Positions 54,876-64,000 of a DNA stretch of 64,000 nucleotides are shown here, piece after piece. Origin of the DNA: an uncultured Actinomycetota bacterium (GTDB lineage: Bacteria > Actinomycetota > Actinomycetes > Propionibacteriales > Nocardioidaceae); assembly GCA_963806345.1 (NCBI GenBank), contig CAWDXV010000022.1:182929-246928 (forward strand), read 5' to 3'. The first letter of the stretch is position 1. Every line of letters begins with the position of its first letter. The position numbers and the translations under genes were made by a program. The notes beneath the pieces are model-generated. The model ran no database searches, was not told the origin of the DNA, and saw only the letters and a program-made list of their open reading frames with translations.

Positions 54876-56991
54876 TCCGCCTTGGGCTTCTTGCCGCAGA
54901 TGACGTGGTCGGCGGCCTGGTAGTTGGCCGTGTCGGTCTCGGTCTTGACCTTCTGGCCGCCCTTGTAGAAGTAGCGGTAGATGTCGATGTCGAAGCCGGC
55001 GATCGGGTCCTGCGGCACGCAGCGGTCCGTGTCGTCGTACTGCTTGCCGGGCGAGCGGCCGTTGCGCCGGGCCGACTGCCCGGCCTTGATGTCCCACACC
55101 TTGGTGCTCCACAGCTCGACATGCATGATGCCGGCCGACGAGGGCGTGCTCTTGACGACGTACGAGCGGATCAGGACGCCGTACTTGGTGGGGTTCTTGA
55201 AGCGCAGGTCGAGGTTGCCGTAGTAGACCGTCGCCTCGCGGCCCACCGGGTAGCGGTTGATGTAGAACGCGTGCGGGTGGTGCTCGACGTCGTCCATGCC
55301 GCCGAAGAACCCGGCGTTGTAGGTCGTCGTGGCGACCTGCGAGACCCCGCCGCCGAGCTCCTCGCGGAAGACGCCACCGTTGATGACGGTCCCGGTCACG
55401 AAGCCGTTGGCCGCCGTGCGCTCACCGACGATGGAGTTGAAGCTGAACGTCTCACCGGGCTTGAGGATCGTGCCGTTGATCAGCTCGGCGGCGCGGCTCT
55501 GGTTGGTGTTGCGGTACTCGGCGTAGGGGAACTGGGTCTCGAAGCTGCTGATCTTCTGCTTGATCCTCAGCGCCTTGGCGTCGGCGGTCGTGAACAGCGG
55601 CTCGACGACCTTGGCCTCGACGCCGACCGCGCGCTTGGAGCCCGACTCGGTCAGCGCCGGCAGCAGCTTGACCGCCATCTCCTTGGGCTGCAGGCCGACG
55701 CCCTCCTTGCCGGGCATGATGACCGGCTTGTTGTTCTCGATCTTGACCGTGGCGTCGACGGCCTTCTTGCCGATGCCGGTCGTCGAGTCCGTCAGTGGGC
55801 CGGCGAGCTTCTTGGGGTCGAGATAGGGCTGCAGCTTGCCGTCCTTGACCCGGACGACGAGCGCCGGCGCGTACGCCGTGACGGGCAGCGACACCTTCTT
55901 GTCGCCCACGCGGATCGTGACGGGTGCGCTGACGGCCGGCTTGGCGATGGTCTTCATCGCGTCGGCGAGCCCCTCTGAGTCCACGGCCGGCTCGACGACC
56001 GCCGTCGGCACCACGACGGGCTTGTCGCTGACGAGGTACGCACCGCGGATCGCGTCGGCGGCGTCCGCCCGGGCGATGACCCGGCCGGCCTTGGGCTCAC
56101 GCGCCTTGGGCTTGCCCTTGGGGAAGCGTGATCAGCGCCTCGACGACGTCGCGGTTGACCGTCTCGCCGATCGTGCCGATCGAGCTCTGGAGCTTGGCGT
56201 CGTCGACGTCGAGGGCCGGGTCCGTCTTGTGGTCACCGAAGAACAAGCCGGCCATGTCGGCCGGGTTCCAGCTGCGCTCCCCGCCTGCCTCGCTGATCGT
56301 CCGGTCGAGGTCGAAGGCGAGCCCGGCGTCCTTGGGCTTGATGCGGAACTCGGTCTTGCCGTGCGTGAGGACGATCTCGCGGTCGACGTTGGGCGTCAGC
56401 GCCTTGTCGACGGCATCGCGGGCCGCGGACGGCGACTTGCCGGCTGACGTCGACTCCGCCGATCGTGGCGTTGGCGGGCATACGGGCGCCGGTCAGGAAG
56501 TAGCCGCCGACGTAGAGCACGCCGAGGACCAGGACGAGCCCGAGCAGGACCCGCCGGCCCCAGTGCGCCGACCCGCCTTCGTCGCCCGGTCCGGGAGGTT
56601 GCAGGTCCGTGCTGTCGTCGCCGGCGTCGTCGGCCGCCGGTGCGTCATCAGCGGGAGGGGCCACGACCTCGTCGAGCTCGTCGTCCACCTCAGGGGGGTC
56701 GTATGCGAGCGCCGCTTCGTGCAGGACGGTGTCCTCGCCGGGCTGCAGCTCGTAGGCCGGTTCGACGTCGGGCACGTCGTCGAGCTCGATCTCCTCGTCG
56801 TGCTCGACCACGAGGCCGGGCTCGACTGCACCATCGCCCTCGTCGGCCAGGTCCGGCTCCGGGGCGACGTCCGCCACGGGCTCCGGCTCCGGCGCGTCGT
56901 CGACGGGACGCTCGTCCGCGGCCTGCTCCGGCGCCGCGTCGGGCTCCGGCAGGTCGTCGGGCGTGAGGTGCTCGTCAGGCTTGTCGGTCAT
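54872..56991 (-). CDS. VanW/YoaR family membrane protein (frameshifts ~56440, ~56125)
   Basis: Acidic N-terminus + TM; PGETFSFN, GGGVSQVATT.YNA, HHPH, YPVGREATV, DLRFKN. Confidence 0.9.
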
Positions 56992-57521
56992 GTGGTGCTC
57001 CCGTAGACGGTCTTCTCCGAGTCAGGCAGACGCACGATCGTGCCGTAGTGCGAGCGGTAGTAGAGCAATGGATCGTCGATGCTGTCATTGACCGCCGCTC
57101 CGGACACCGCGCCGACCAAGATCGTATGGTCACCACCGTCCGTGACGGAAACCGTCGTGCACTCCAGCCAGGCCAGCGACTCGTCGAGGAGCGCTGCTCC
57201 GGACGCGCCGCGGTGGAACGCGATGCCCTGCATCTGGTCCTCCAGCGGCCGGCCGCGGTGCGCGAACCAGGCCGAGGCCGCGATGCCCTCCTCCGCGAGG
57301 ATCGAGACCGCCCAGAAGCCGGTCTCGAGCACGGCTTCGTGGAAGCGGCTCGACTTGTGCGAGCACACCAGGACCAGCGGCGGGTCGAGCGACACCGACG
57401 TGAACGCGCTCGCCGTCATCGCATGATCGATGCCGTCCTGCACCGTCGAGACGACCGTGACTCCGCTGGCGAATCGTGCAAGCGCACCGCGAAACGCGGG
57501 TTGGTCCACCGTCGCGGTCAT
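56988..57521 (-). CDS. Flavin reductase family protein
   Basis: FASGVTVV, FTSVSLDPPLVL, GDHTILVG, PLLY. Confidence 0.93.
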   Translation of the reverse strand: MTATVDQPAFRGALARFASGVTVVSTVQDGIDHAMTASAFTSVSLDPPLVLVCSHKSSRFHEAVLETGFWAVSILAEEGIAASAWFAHRGRPLEDQMQGIAFHRGASGAALLDESLAWLECTTVSVTDGGDHTILVGAVSGAAVNDSIDDPLLYYRSHYGTIVRLPDSEKTVYGSTT

Positions 57522-57853
57522 TGCTCCAGCCTAGGAGTGCGGACGACCCCGACCACGATGGCCCCCAGGCAACCGATCGTGAACGCCCAGCCACGCCAGT
57601 CCGAAGCGACCAGATAGCTGCCGCCGGGCGAGAACTGCTGCACCAGCAGGACGATCCCCCAGCCGAGGCCGAACCAGGCGCCGCCCGTGCGCACGAGCCG
57701 ATCGGCCGCGAGCACCACGGCGTACGTGGCAACGATCGCCAGCACCAGTCCCCACGGCCAGTCGACGCCGTGGGACCGCCACACGTGCCGGTGCACGAAC
57801 GCGCCGAGGACGGCGACGTACGCACCGAGCACGACGAGTGCTGCGCGCTTCAC
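57518..57853 (-). CDS. Small membrane protein (DUF6113-like)
   Basis: Several TM segments, PWGLVLA; directly downstream of mshB. Confidence 0.7.
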   Translation of the reverse strand: MKRAALVVLGAYVAVLGAFVHRHVWRSHGVDWPWGLVLAIVATYAVVLAADRLVRTGGAWFGLGWGIVLLVQQFSPGGSYLVASDWRGWAFTIGCLGAIVVGVVRTPRLEQ

Positions 57854-57854
57854 C

Positions 57855-58760
57855 TCAGAGACCGGCGAACAGGTCTTCCTCGAGACCGTCAGGACCGACC
57901 GGGCCGCGCTGGCCCTTGGCGAGGCGGTAGAACTCGGTGCCCCACACCTGCGAGCCGACATTGTTGGAGAGCGCGAAGAACGGTCCGTCGACGGCGATCT
58001 GCGAGGCGTGCGCCTTCATCGCGTCCATCTTGGCCTCGGCGTAGGCGTCGGCCTCGACCTTGGCGTCGAGCTCGTCGTCGGTCGCGCCCCACGGCAGGTT
58101 GTCGGGGTCCCAGCCCTCGAAGCTCGTCTCGTCGCCGGCTTCGCGGAGCTTGCGGATGCCGTCGGCCATCTGCGACTTGGACATCGCGCCCCAGTAGATC
58201 TTGGCGATGTCCCACGCCTCGCCGAGCTCGGGCTTGTAGGACCGCACGGCCGCGAGCGATGCCGCGTAGGTCGCGACCCGGTGGGCCTGGACGTGGTCGG
58301 GGTGGCCGTAGCCGCCGAACTGGTCGTACGTCACCAGGACCTGCGGCCGGGTCTCGCGGATGATCTCGACCAGCAGGTCGGCCGCGACGGTGAGGTCGGC
58401 GTGCCAGAACGTGTCGGGGCGGGTCTCGTCGGCGACGGTCGCGCTGCCGTCGTCGGCCCACTTCATGCCCGAGTCGCGGAAGTGGCCCGGCCCGCCGAGG
58501 AACCGGTGGTCCGTGACGCCGAGCGCCTTCATCGCCGCCGCGAGCTCTTCGATGCGATGCGGGCCGAGCCCGTCCTCACGGTCCGCCGCGAGGTGCTCGA
58601 TCTCGGGGGTGAGGATCTCGCCCTCCTCGCCGGCCGTGCACGTGACGAGCGTGACCTGCACTCCCTCGGCGGCGTACTTGGCCATCGTCGCGCCATTGCC
58701 GATCGACTCGTCGTCGGGATGGGCATGGACGAGCAGGATCCGTCGGTCGTTCGAGGTCAT
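57855..58760 (-). CDS. mshB: GlcNAc-Ins deacetylase (mycothiol biosynthesis)
   Basis: [35 protein letters not shown]. Confidence 0.93.
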   Translation of the reverse strand: MTSNDRRILLVHAHPDDESIGNGATMAKYAAEGVQVTLVTCTAGEEGEILTPEIEHLAADREDGLGPHRIEELAAAMKALGVTDHRFLGGPGHFRDSGMKWADDGSATVADETRPDTFWHADLTVAADLLVEIIRETRPQVLVTYDQFGGYGHPDHVQAHRVATYAASLAAVRSYKPELGEAWDIAKIYWGAMSKSQMADGIRKLREAGDETSFEGWDPDNLPWGATDDELDAKVEADAYAEAKMDAMKAHASQIAVDGPFFALSNNVGSQVWGTEFYRLAKGQRGPVGPDGLEEDLFAGL

Positions 58761-58828
58761 GCCCCAAGGCTACTGACCACCACCGACGTGCAGCCGACGC
58801 GCGCCGCCCGCCGTGATTGGATCAGGAG

Positions 58829-60908
58829 ATGACCGTCTCGTATCCGCGTCTGGCCGCCCGCACGCTGCGCTTCACCCTTGGCATCCCCCGCAACATCACG
58901 GTGTCGCCCGATGGCCGCACGGTGCGCTTCATCCGTACGCCCGACGGCGTGACACGCACCGGCGAGCTCTGGGAGTACGACGTGGCGACCGGCACCGAGT
59001 CCGTCCTCGTCGATCCCGTCGAGCTGCTGGGTGCCGAGGGCGAGCAGCTGTCGGCCGAGGAGCGGTCTCGTCGCGAGCGCAGCCGCGAGTCGGCGGCGGG
59101 CCTGGTCGCGTACGACGTCGACGAGACCGGACGGTGGGCCTGCTTCGCGCTCTCCGGGCAGCTCTGGGCCGTCCACCTCGGCGCCAAGGCCGTTCACTCC
59201 CTGCCCAGCGTCGGCGCCGTCATCGACCCGCACCTCGACCCCACGGGACGCCTCATCGCGTACGCCTCGGGTGGCGCGCTGCGCGTCATCGACGTCGGCG
59301 GGCGTGACGAGCGGGCGCTCGTCGAGCCCGAGAGGGCCACCGAGGTGTGGGGCCAGGCCGAGTTCATCGCGGCCGAGGAGATGGATCGTTTCCGCGGGTT
59401 CTGGTGGGCACCCGACGGGCAGTCCCTGCTGGTCGAGCGCTACGACGAGGCACCCGTCCAGACCTGGCACATCGCCGACCCCGAGCACCCCGAGCGCGAG
59501 CCCGTCGCCCAGCGCTATCCCGCGGCCGGTACGCCCAACGCCGACGTCACGCTGTGGCACGTCGACCTCGACGGCAACCGTACGCAGGTCGAGTGGGACC
59601 GCACGACGTACGAGTACCTCGGCCGCGTGTCGTGGAACCCGCACGGCGCCCCGGTGATCCAGGTCCTGAGCCGCGACCAGAAGGCGTCCCAGATCCTCTC
59701 GGTCGACGTCGCCACCGGAGCAGACCAGCGTCCTGCGCGAGCTGAGCGACCCGGCCTGGGTCGAGCTGTCGTCCGCACCGAGGTTCGCGCCCGGCGGCTC
59801 GCTCGTCACCGTCGAGGATGCCGATGGCTGGCGCCGCGTTCTCCGCGACGGCCTCGCCGTCTCCGGCGACGGCTGGCAGGTCCGCGGCATCGTCGACGTG
59901 TTCGAGGACTGCGTCGTCGCCGCGGCCTCGCAGGAGCCGACCGAGGTGCACATCGTGCGCTTCGGCTTCGACGGCACCGTCACCGAGATCACCGACGGCG
60001 CCGCCGTGCACGGTGCCGTGATCGGCGGACCCACCACGGTGATCGTGCGCTCCGGCCTCGACGCGGTCGGCACGACCGTCGTCGTCCACCAGGAGGACTC
60101 CGAGCCGGCCCCGATCCGGGTGCTCGCCGAGCCGGCCCCGCACGAGCCCGTCGTCACGCTGGTCGCTGCGGGCGAGCACCAGCTGCGTACGGCGATCCTG
60201 TTCCCGTCCGGCCACGAGCCGGGTTCGCGCCGGCTCCCGGTGCTGATGGACCCGTACGGCGGCCCGCACGCCCAGCGCGTCGTCGCCTCGGCGCGGGCGT
60301 TCCTCGAGCCGCAGTGGCTCGCCGACCAGGGCTTCTGCGTCATCGTCGCCGACGGCCGCGGCACCCCCGGCCGCGGTCACGCGTGGGAGCGCTCGGTGCT
60401 GCACGAGTTCGCCACCGTGACGCTCGACGACCAGGTCGCCGCGCTCGAGGCGGTCGCCAAGGCGTACCCCGACGACGTCGACACGACCCGCGTCGGCATC
60501 ACCGGCTGGTCGTACGGCGGCTACCTCTCGGCACTCGCGGTGCTCAAGCGGCCCGACGTGTTCCACGCGGCCGTCGCCGGCGCGCCCGTGACCGAGTGGC
60601 GGCTCTACGACACGTGCTACACCGAGCGCTACCTCGGCGATCCCCGCACGCAGCCCGAGGTCTACGACCGCAACTCGCTGCTGCACCTGGCGCCGGGCCT
60701 CGAGCGGCCGCTGATGATCATGCACGGCCTCGCCGACGACAACGTGGTCGCGGCCCACACGCTCCAGCTGTCATCGGCGCTGCTCGCCGCCGGCCGGCCG
60801 CACACCGTGCTTCCGTTGTCGGGCGTCACGCACATGACGCCGCAGGAGGTCGTGGCCGAGAACCTCAAGCTGCTGCAGGTGCAGTTCCTCAAGGACCACC
60901 TCGGCTAG
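58829..60908 (+). CDS. S9 family (DPP-IV-like) peptidase (frameshift ~59725)
   Basis: AEFIAAEEMDR, PYGGP, GWSYGG, HGLADDNV, VTH. Confidence 0.92.
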
Positions 60909-61186
60909 AACCCCGCTGTCAGTCCTTGAGGCGCTTCGGGTACGTCCGGCAGAGGTGGCGGGTCGTCCGGGACGCGGTCGTCGCCGGGCAGCCAGCCGCC
61001 GTACACGTCGACCATCTCGACGACCCGGTCGTCGAACGGCTCGACCAGCAGCACCCACGCGCGGTCCTCCCAGTCCTCCTCGCCGGCGAACGCCTCACGC
61101 CTCAGCGACGTCGAGTAGCCCTCGCTCTCGAGGGCCTTGACCAGCTCCTCCGCATCGTCGTCGGAGTCGAAGTAGATTTCAGGCAC
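60905..61186 (-). CDS. Small acidic hypothetical protein
   Basis: GTG start; RREAFAGEEDWEDRAW..GGWL. Confidence 0.7.
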   Translation of the reverse strand: MPEIYFDSDDDAEELVKALESEGYSTSLRREAFAGEEDWEDRAWVLLVEPFDDRVVEMVDVYGGWLPGDDRVPDDPPPLPDVPEAPQGLTAGF

Positions 61187-61197
61187 GCTCAGATCGT

Positions 61198-61315
61198 ATG
61201 ATGGCGGCGTTCGCATTCTCTGAGGAACAGGTAGCCGGTCCGTTGAAGCTCTGAGGTCAGATCCCGCGCAGGAGCCCACAGCGGCCTGCGCACCCATCGA
61301 CCTCATGGAGCGCAC
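61198..61315 (+). promoter_or_regulatory. Structured 5' leader (possible uORF plus hairpin) of ABC-F gene
   Basis: uORF 61201-61254; TGAGGTC..GCGCAGG..CCTGCGC..GACCTCA hairpin ending beside GGAG. Confidence 0.55.
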
Positions 61316-62888
61316 ATGCGTGCATCACTTTCTGTCAACGACCTCTCGTTTCTCCTGGCCTGACGGCTCCGTCGTCCTCGACGGCCTGGATCTCGGCATC
61401 GGCCCCGGCCGGCACGGCCTCATCGGCCTCAACGGCTCCGGCAAGTCGACACTGCTGCGGCTGATCGCCGGCGAGCTCACGCCCCAACGCGGCTCGATCG
61501 GCGTCGACGGCGCGGTCGCCTACCTGCCGCAGGACCCGGGCGCCGACCCGACGCAGACCGTCGCGGAGGTGCTCGGCATCGCCGGGATCCTCGCGGCGCT
61601 CGAACGCGTCGAGGGCGGCTCGACCGCGATCGACGACTTCGACGTCATCGGCGACGGCTGGGACATCGCCGAGCGTACGGAGGCGGAGCTCGCCCGGCTC
61701 GGCCTCGGCCACCTCGGCCTCGACCGACCGGTCGCCTCGGTGTCGGGCGGCGAGCTCGTCCTGCTGTCGCTGGTCGCCCGGCTGCTGACGCGACCGTCGG
61801 TCCTGCTGCTCGACGAGCCGACCAACAACCTCGACGCCGACGCGCGGGAGCGGCTGATCGACATCGTCGCGTCGTGGAAGGGCACGCTGCTCGTGGTCAG
61901 CCACGACCGTGAGCTGCTCAACGCGATGGACGACATCGGCTCGCTCCGGGCCGGGTCGGTGCGCTGGTACGGCGGCGGGTTCGACGACTACGAGGCCGCC
62001 GTCGCGGTCGAGCAGGAGGCGGCCGAGCGGATGGTGCGGGTCGCCGAGTCGGACCTCCGCGCCCAGAAGCGCGACCGCATCGAGGCGGAGTCGGTGCTGA
62101 CGACCCGGCGCAAGCAGGGCGAGAAGGCGTGGGCCGAGAAGCGGATGCCCAAGATCGCCATGGGCAACTACAAGCGCAGGGCGCAGGTGTCCGCGGGCAA
62201 GCTCCGCGGCATCCACGAGGACCGCATCGAGGACGCCACCGCGCGGCTGGCCGAGGCCGAGGAGCTCGTCCACGACGATCGCGAGATCCGCGTCGACCTG
62301 CCCAACACGGTCGTGCCCGCCGGGCGGAACGTCCTGACGCTCGATGGCGTACGTCCGGCGTACGGCGACCTGCAGCTCGACCTCGAGCTCCGCGGGCCCG
62401 AGCGGGTCGGGTTCACGGGCCGGAACGGGACGGGCAAGACGTCGCTGCTGCGCACCATCACCGGCGAGCTGGAGCCGGCGGCCGGCACGGTGCGCACGCA
62501 CGTGCCGATCCGCCTGCTGCCGCAGCGCATGGACCTGCTCGACGGAGCCCTCACGGTCGCCGAGAACGTCGCCCGGATCGCTCCCGCGACGACCGAGAAC
62601 GAGCGGCGGGCCCAGCTCGCGCGCTTCCTGATCCGCGGGCGGGCGGCCGACCAGCCGGCATCGACGCTGTCGGGCGGCGAACGCCTGCGGGCGACGCTGG
62701 CCTGCCTCCTGCTGGCCGAGCCCGCACCGCAGCTCCTGCTGCTCGACGAGCCGACCAACAACCTCGACCTGCCGAGCATCCGCCACCTGGTCGAGGCGCT
62801 GGAGTCGTACCGTGGCGCGTTCATCGTGGTCAGCCACGACGAGCGGTTCCTCGACGACCTCGGGCTCACCCGGAGGATCGCCGTGTGA
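61316..62888 (+). CDS. ABC-F family ATPase (ribosome-associated; frameshift ~61350)
   Basis: Two NBDs (GLNGSGKST, GRNGTGKTS; SGGE; LLDEPTNNLD x2), no TM domains; inferred start MRASLSVNDLSF. Confidence 0.92.
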
Positions 62889-62909
62889 GCCGACCAGCAC
62901 ACTGGTGAC

Positions 62910-64000
62910 ATGACCGGGACGAACTGGGCAGGCAATCTGACGTACGGCGCCTCGGCGCTGCTCGAGCCGGCCTCGGTCGACGAGCTCTGCGAGGTCGTGG
63001 CCGCCGAGCCCGTCGTACGCGGGCTCGGCAGCCGGCACTCGTTCAACCGCATCGCCGACACGACGGGTGTCCAGGTCTCGGTGGCGAGCCTCCCGGCGCT
63101 CGTCGAGGTCGACGAGTCGGCGCGCGAGGTGACCGTCTCGGCCGGCCTGCGCTACGGCGAGCTGGTCGAGGAGCTCGACCGCGCGGGCTGGGCGCTGCAC
63201 AACCTCGCCTCGCTCCCCCACATCTCGGTCGCCGGTGCGATCGCGACGGGCACGCACGGCTCCGGCGACCACAACGGCAGCCTCGCCAGCTCGGTGGCCG
63301 CGCTCGAGCTCGTGACCGGCGACGGCTCGGTGCTGACGGTGCGCCGCGGCGACCCCGACTTCGCCGGCATGGTCGTGTCGCTCGGCTGCCTCGGCATCGT
63401 CACCAAGGTCACGCTCGACATCGTGCCGACGTTCCAGGTGCGCCAGGACGTCTACGAGGGCGTGTCGTGGGAGTCGATCGCCGCCAACCTCGACGCGATC
63501 ACGGCGAGCGCCTACAGCGTCAGCATGTTCACCGACTGGGGCGATGCCGGCGCGGGCCAGGCGTGGCTCAAGTCGCGGGCCGACGTCACGCCCCCGGCCG
63601 ACTTCTTCGGCGCGCCGCCGGCGACCCGCGAGCTGCACCCGTTGCCCGACGAGTCGGCCGAGTTCACGACCAAGCAGCTCGGCGCGCCCGGCGTCTGGTG
63701 GGACCGGCTGCCGCACTTCCGCCTCGGCTTCACCCCCAGCAACGGCGAGGAGCTGCAGACCGAGTACCTCGTGCCCCGGTTCCACGCACTCGCCGCGATC
63801 GACGCGGTACGTTCGCTCGCCCCGGCCATCCGGCCGCACCTGTTCGTCAGCGAGCTGCGCACGATCGCGGCCGACGACCTGTGGCTCAGCCCGAGCCACG
63901 ACGTCGACTGCCTCGCGATCCACTTCACCTGGCGCATGCACGTCCCTGAGGTGACGGCCCTGCTGCCGGCGCTCGACGACGCCCTGTCGCCGTACGCCGC
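62910..64000 (+). CDS. FAD-linked alditol/xylitol oxidase-like protein (runs off window)
   Basis: NWAGNLTY, GSRHSFN, LHNLASLPHISVAGA.ATGTHGSG, RLPHFR..TPS.GEELQ.EY, IHFTW. Confidence 0.9.
   Translation, partial: MTGTNWAGNLTYGASALLEPASVDELCEVVAAEPVVRGLGSRHSFNRIADTTGVQVSVASLPALVEVDESAREVTVSAGLRYGELVEELDRAGWALHNLASLPHISVAGAIATGTHGSGDHNGSLASSVAALELVTGDGSVLTVRRGDPDFAGMVVSLGCLGIVTKVTLDIVPTFQVRQDVYEGVSWESIAANLDAITASAYSVSMFTDWGDAGAGQAWLKSRADVTPPADFFGAPPATRELHPLPDESAEFTTKQLGAPGVWWDRLPHFRLGFTPSNGEELQTEYLVPRFHALAAIDAVRSLAPAIRPHLFVSELRTIAADDLWLSPSHDVDCLAIHFTWRMHVPEVTALLPALDDALSPYA

Noticed and set aside
54872-56991. VanW as part of a vancomycin resistance cluster
   Set aside because: No vanHAX or vanRS genes; VanW/YoaR-domain proteins are common chromosomal genes.

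Overview
High-GC actinobacterial chromosomal segment. Gene content and order (secA-hpf-comF-lpqB-mtrB-mtrA-ahcY, manB, whiB, dapD/dapC/fdxA, mshB) suggest Nocardioidaceae, e.g. Aeromicrobium/Nocardioides-like (inference). About 58 genes, mostly housekeeping and cell envelope. No rRNA, tRNA, CRISPR array or transposase was recognised. More than 20 apparent single-base frameshifts, including one in secA, point to uncorrected long-read indels, so genes were reconstructed across them. Best leads: (1) a poorly characterised six-gene module beside secA (CpaE-like ATPase, SAF/CpaB-like, Xis/BldC-like HTH, hypothetical, LysM, Rv3235-like) with 10-bp-phased CAAACG repeats and a GTCCACAG motif shared with the comF promoter, possibly a competence/Tad regulatory circuit; (2) an OmpR-family regulon with 11-bp-phased NCACAG boxes in the same register at four leaderless promoters, one 47 kb away; (3) a 159-bp MITE with a TTA duplication at the whiB stop codon; (4) a lipoprotein gene bracketed by ~86-bp direct repeats; (5) structured leaders ahead of an ABC-F gene and mtrA.
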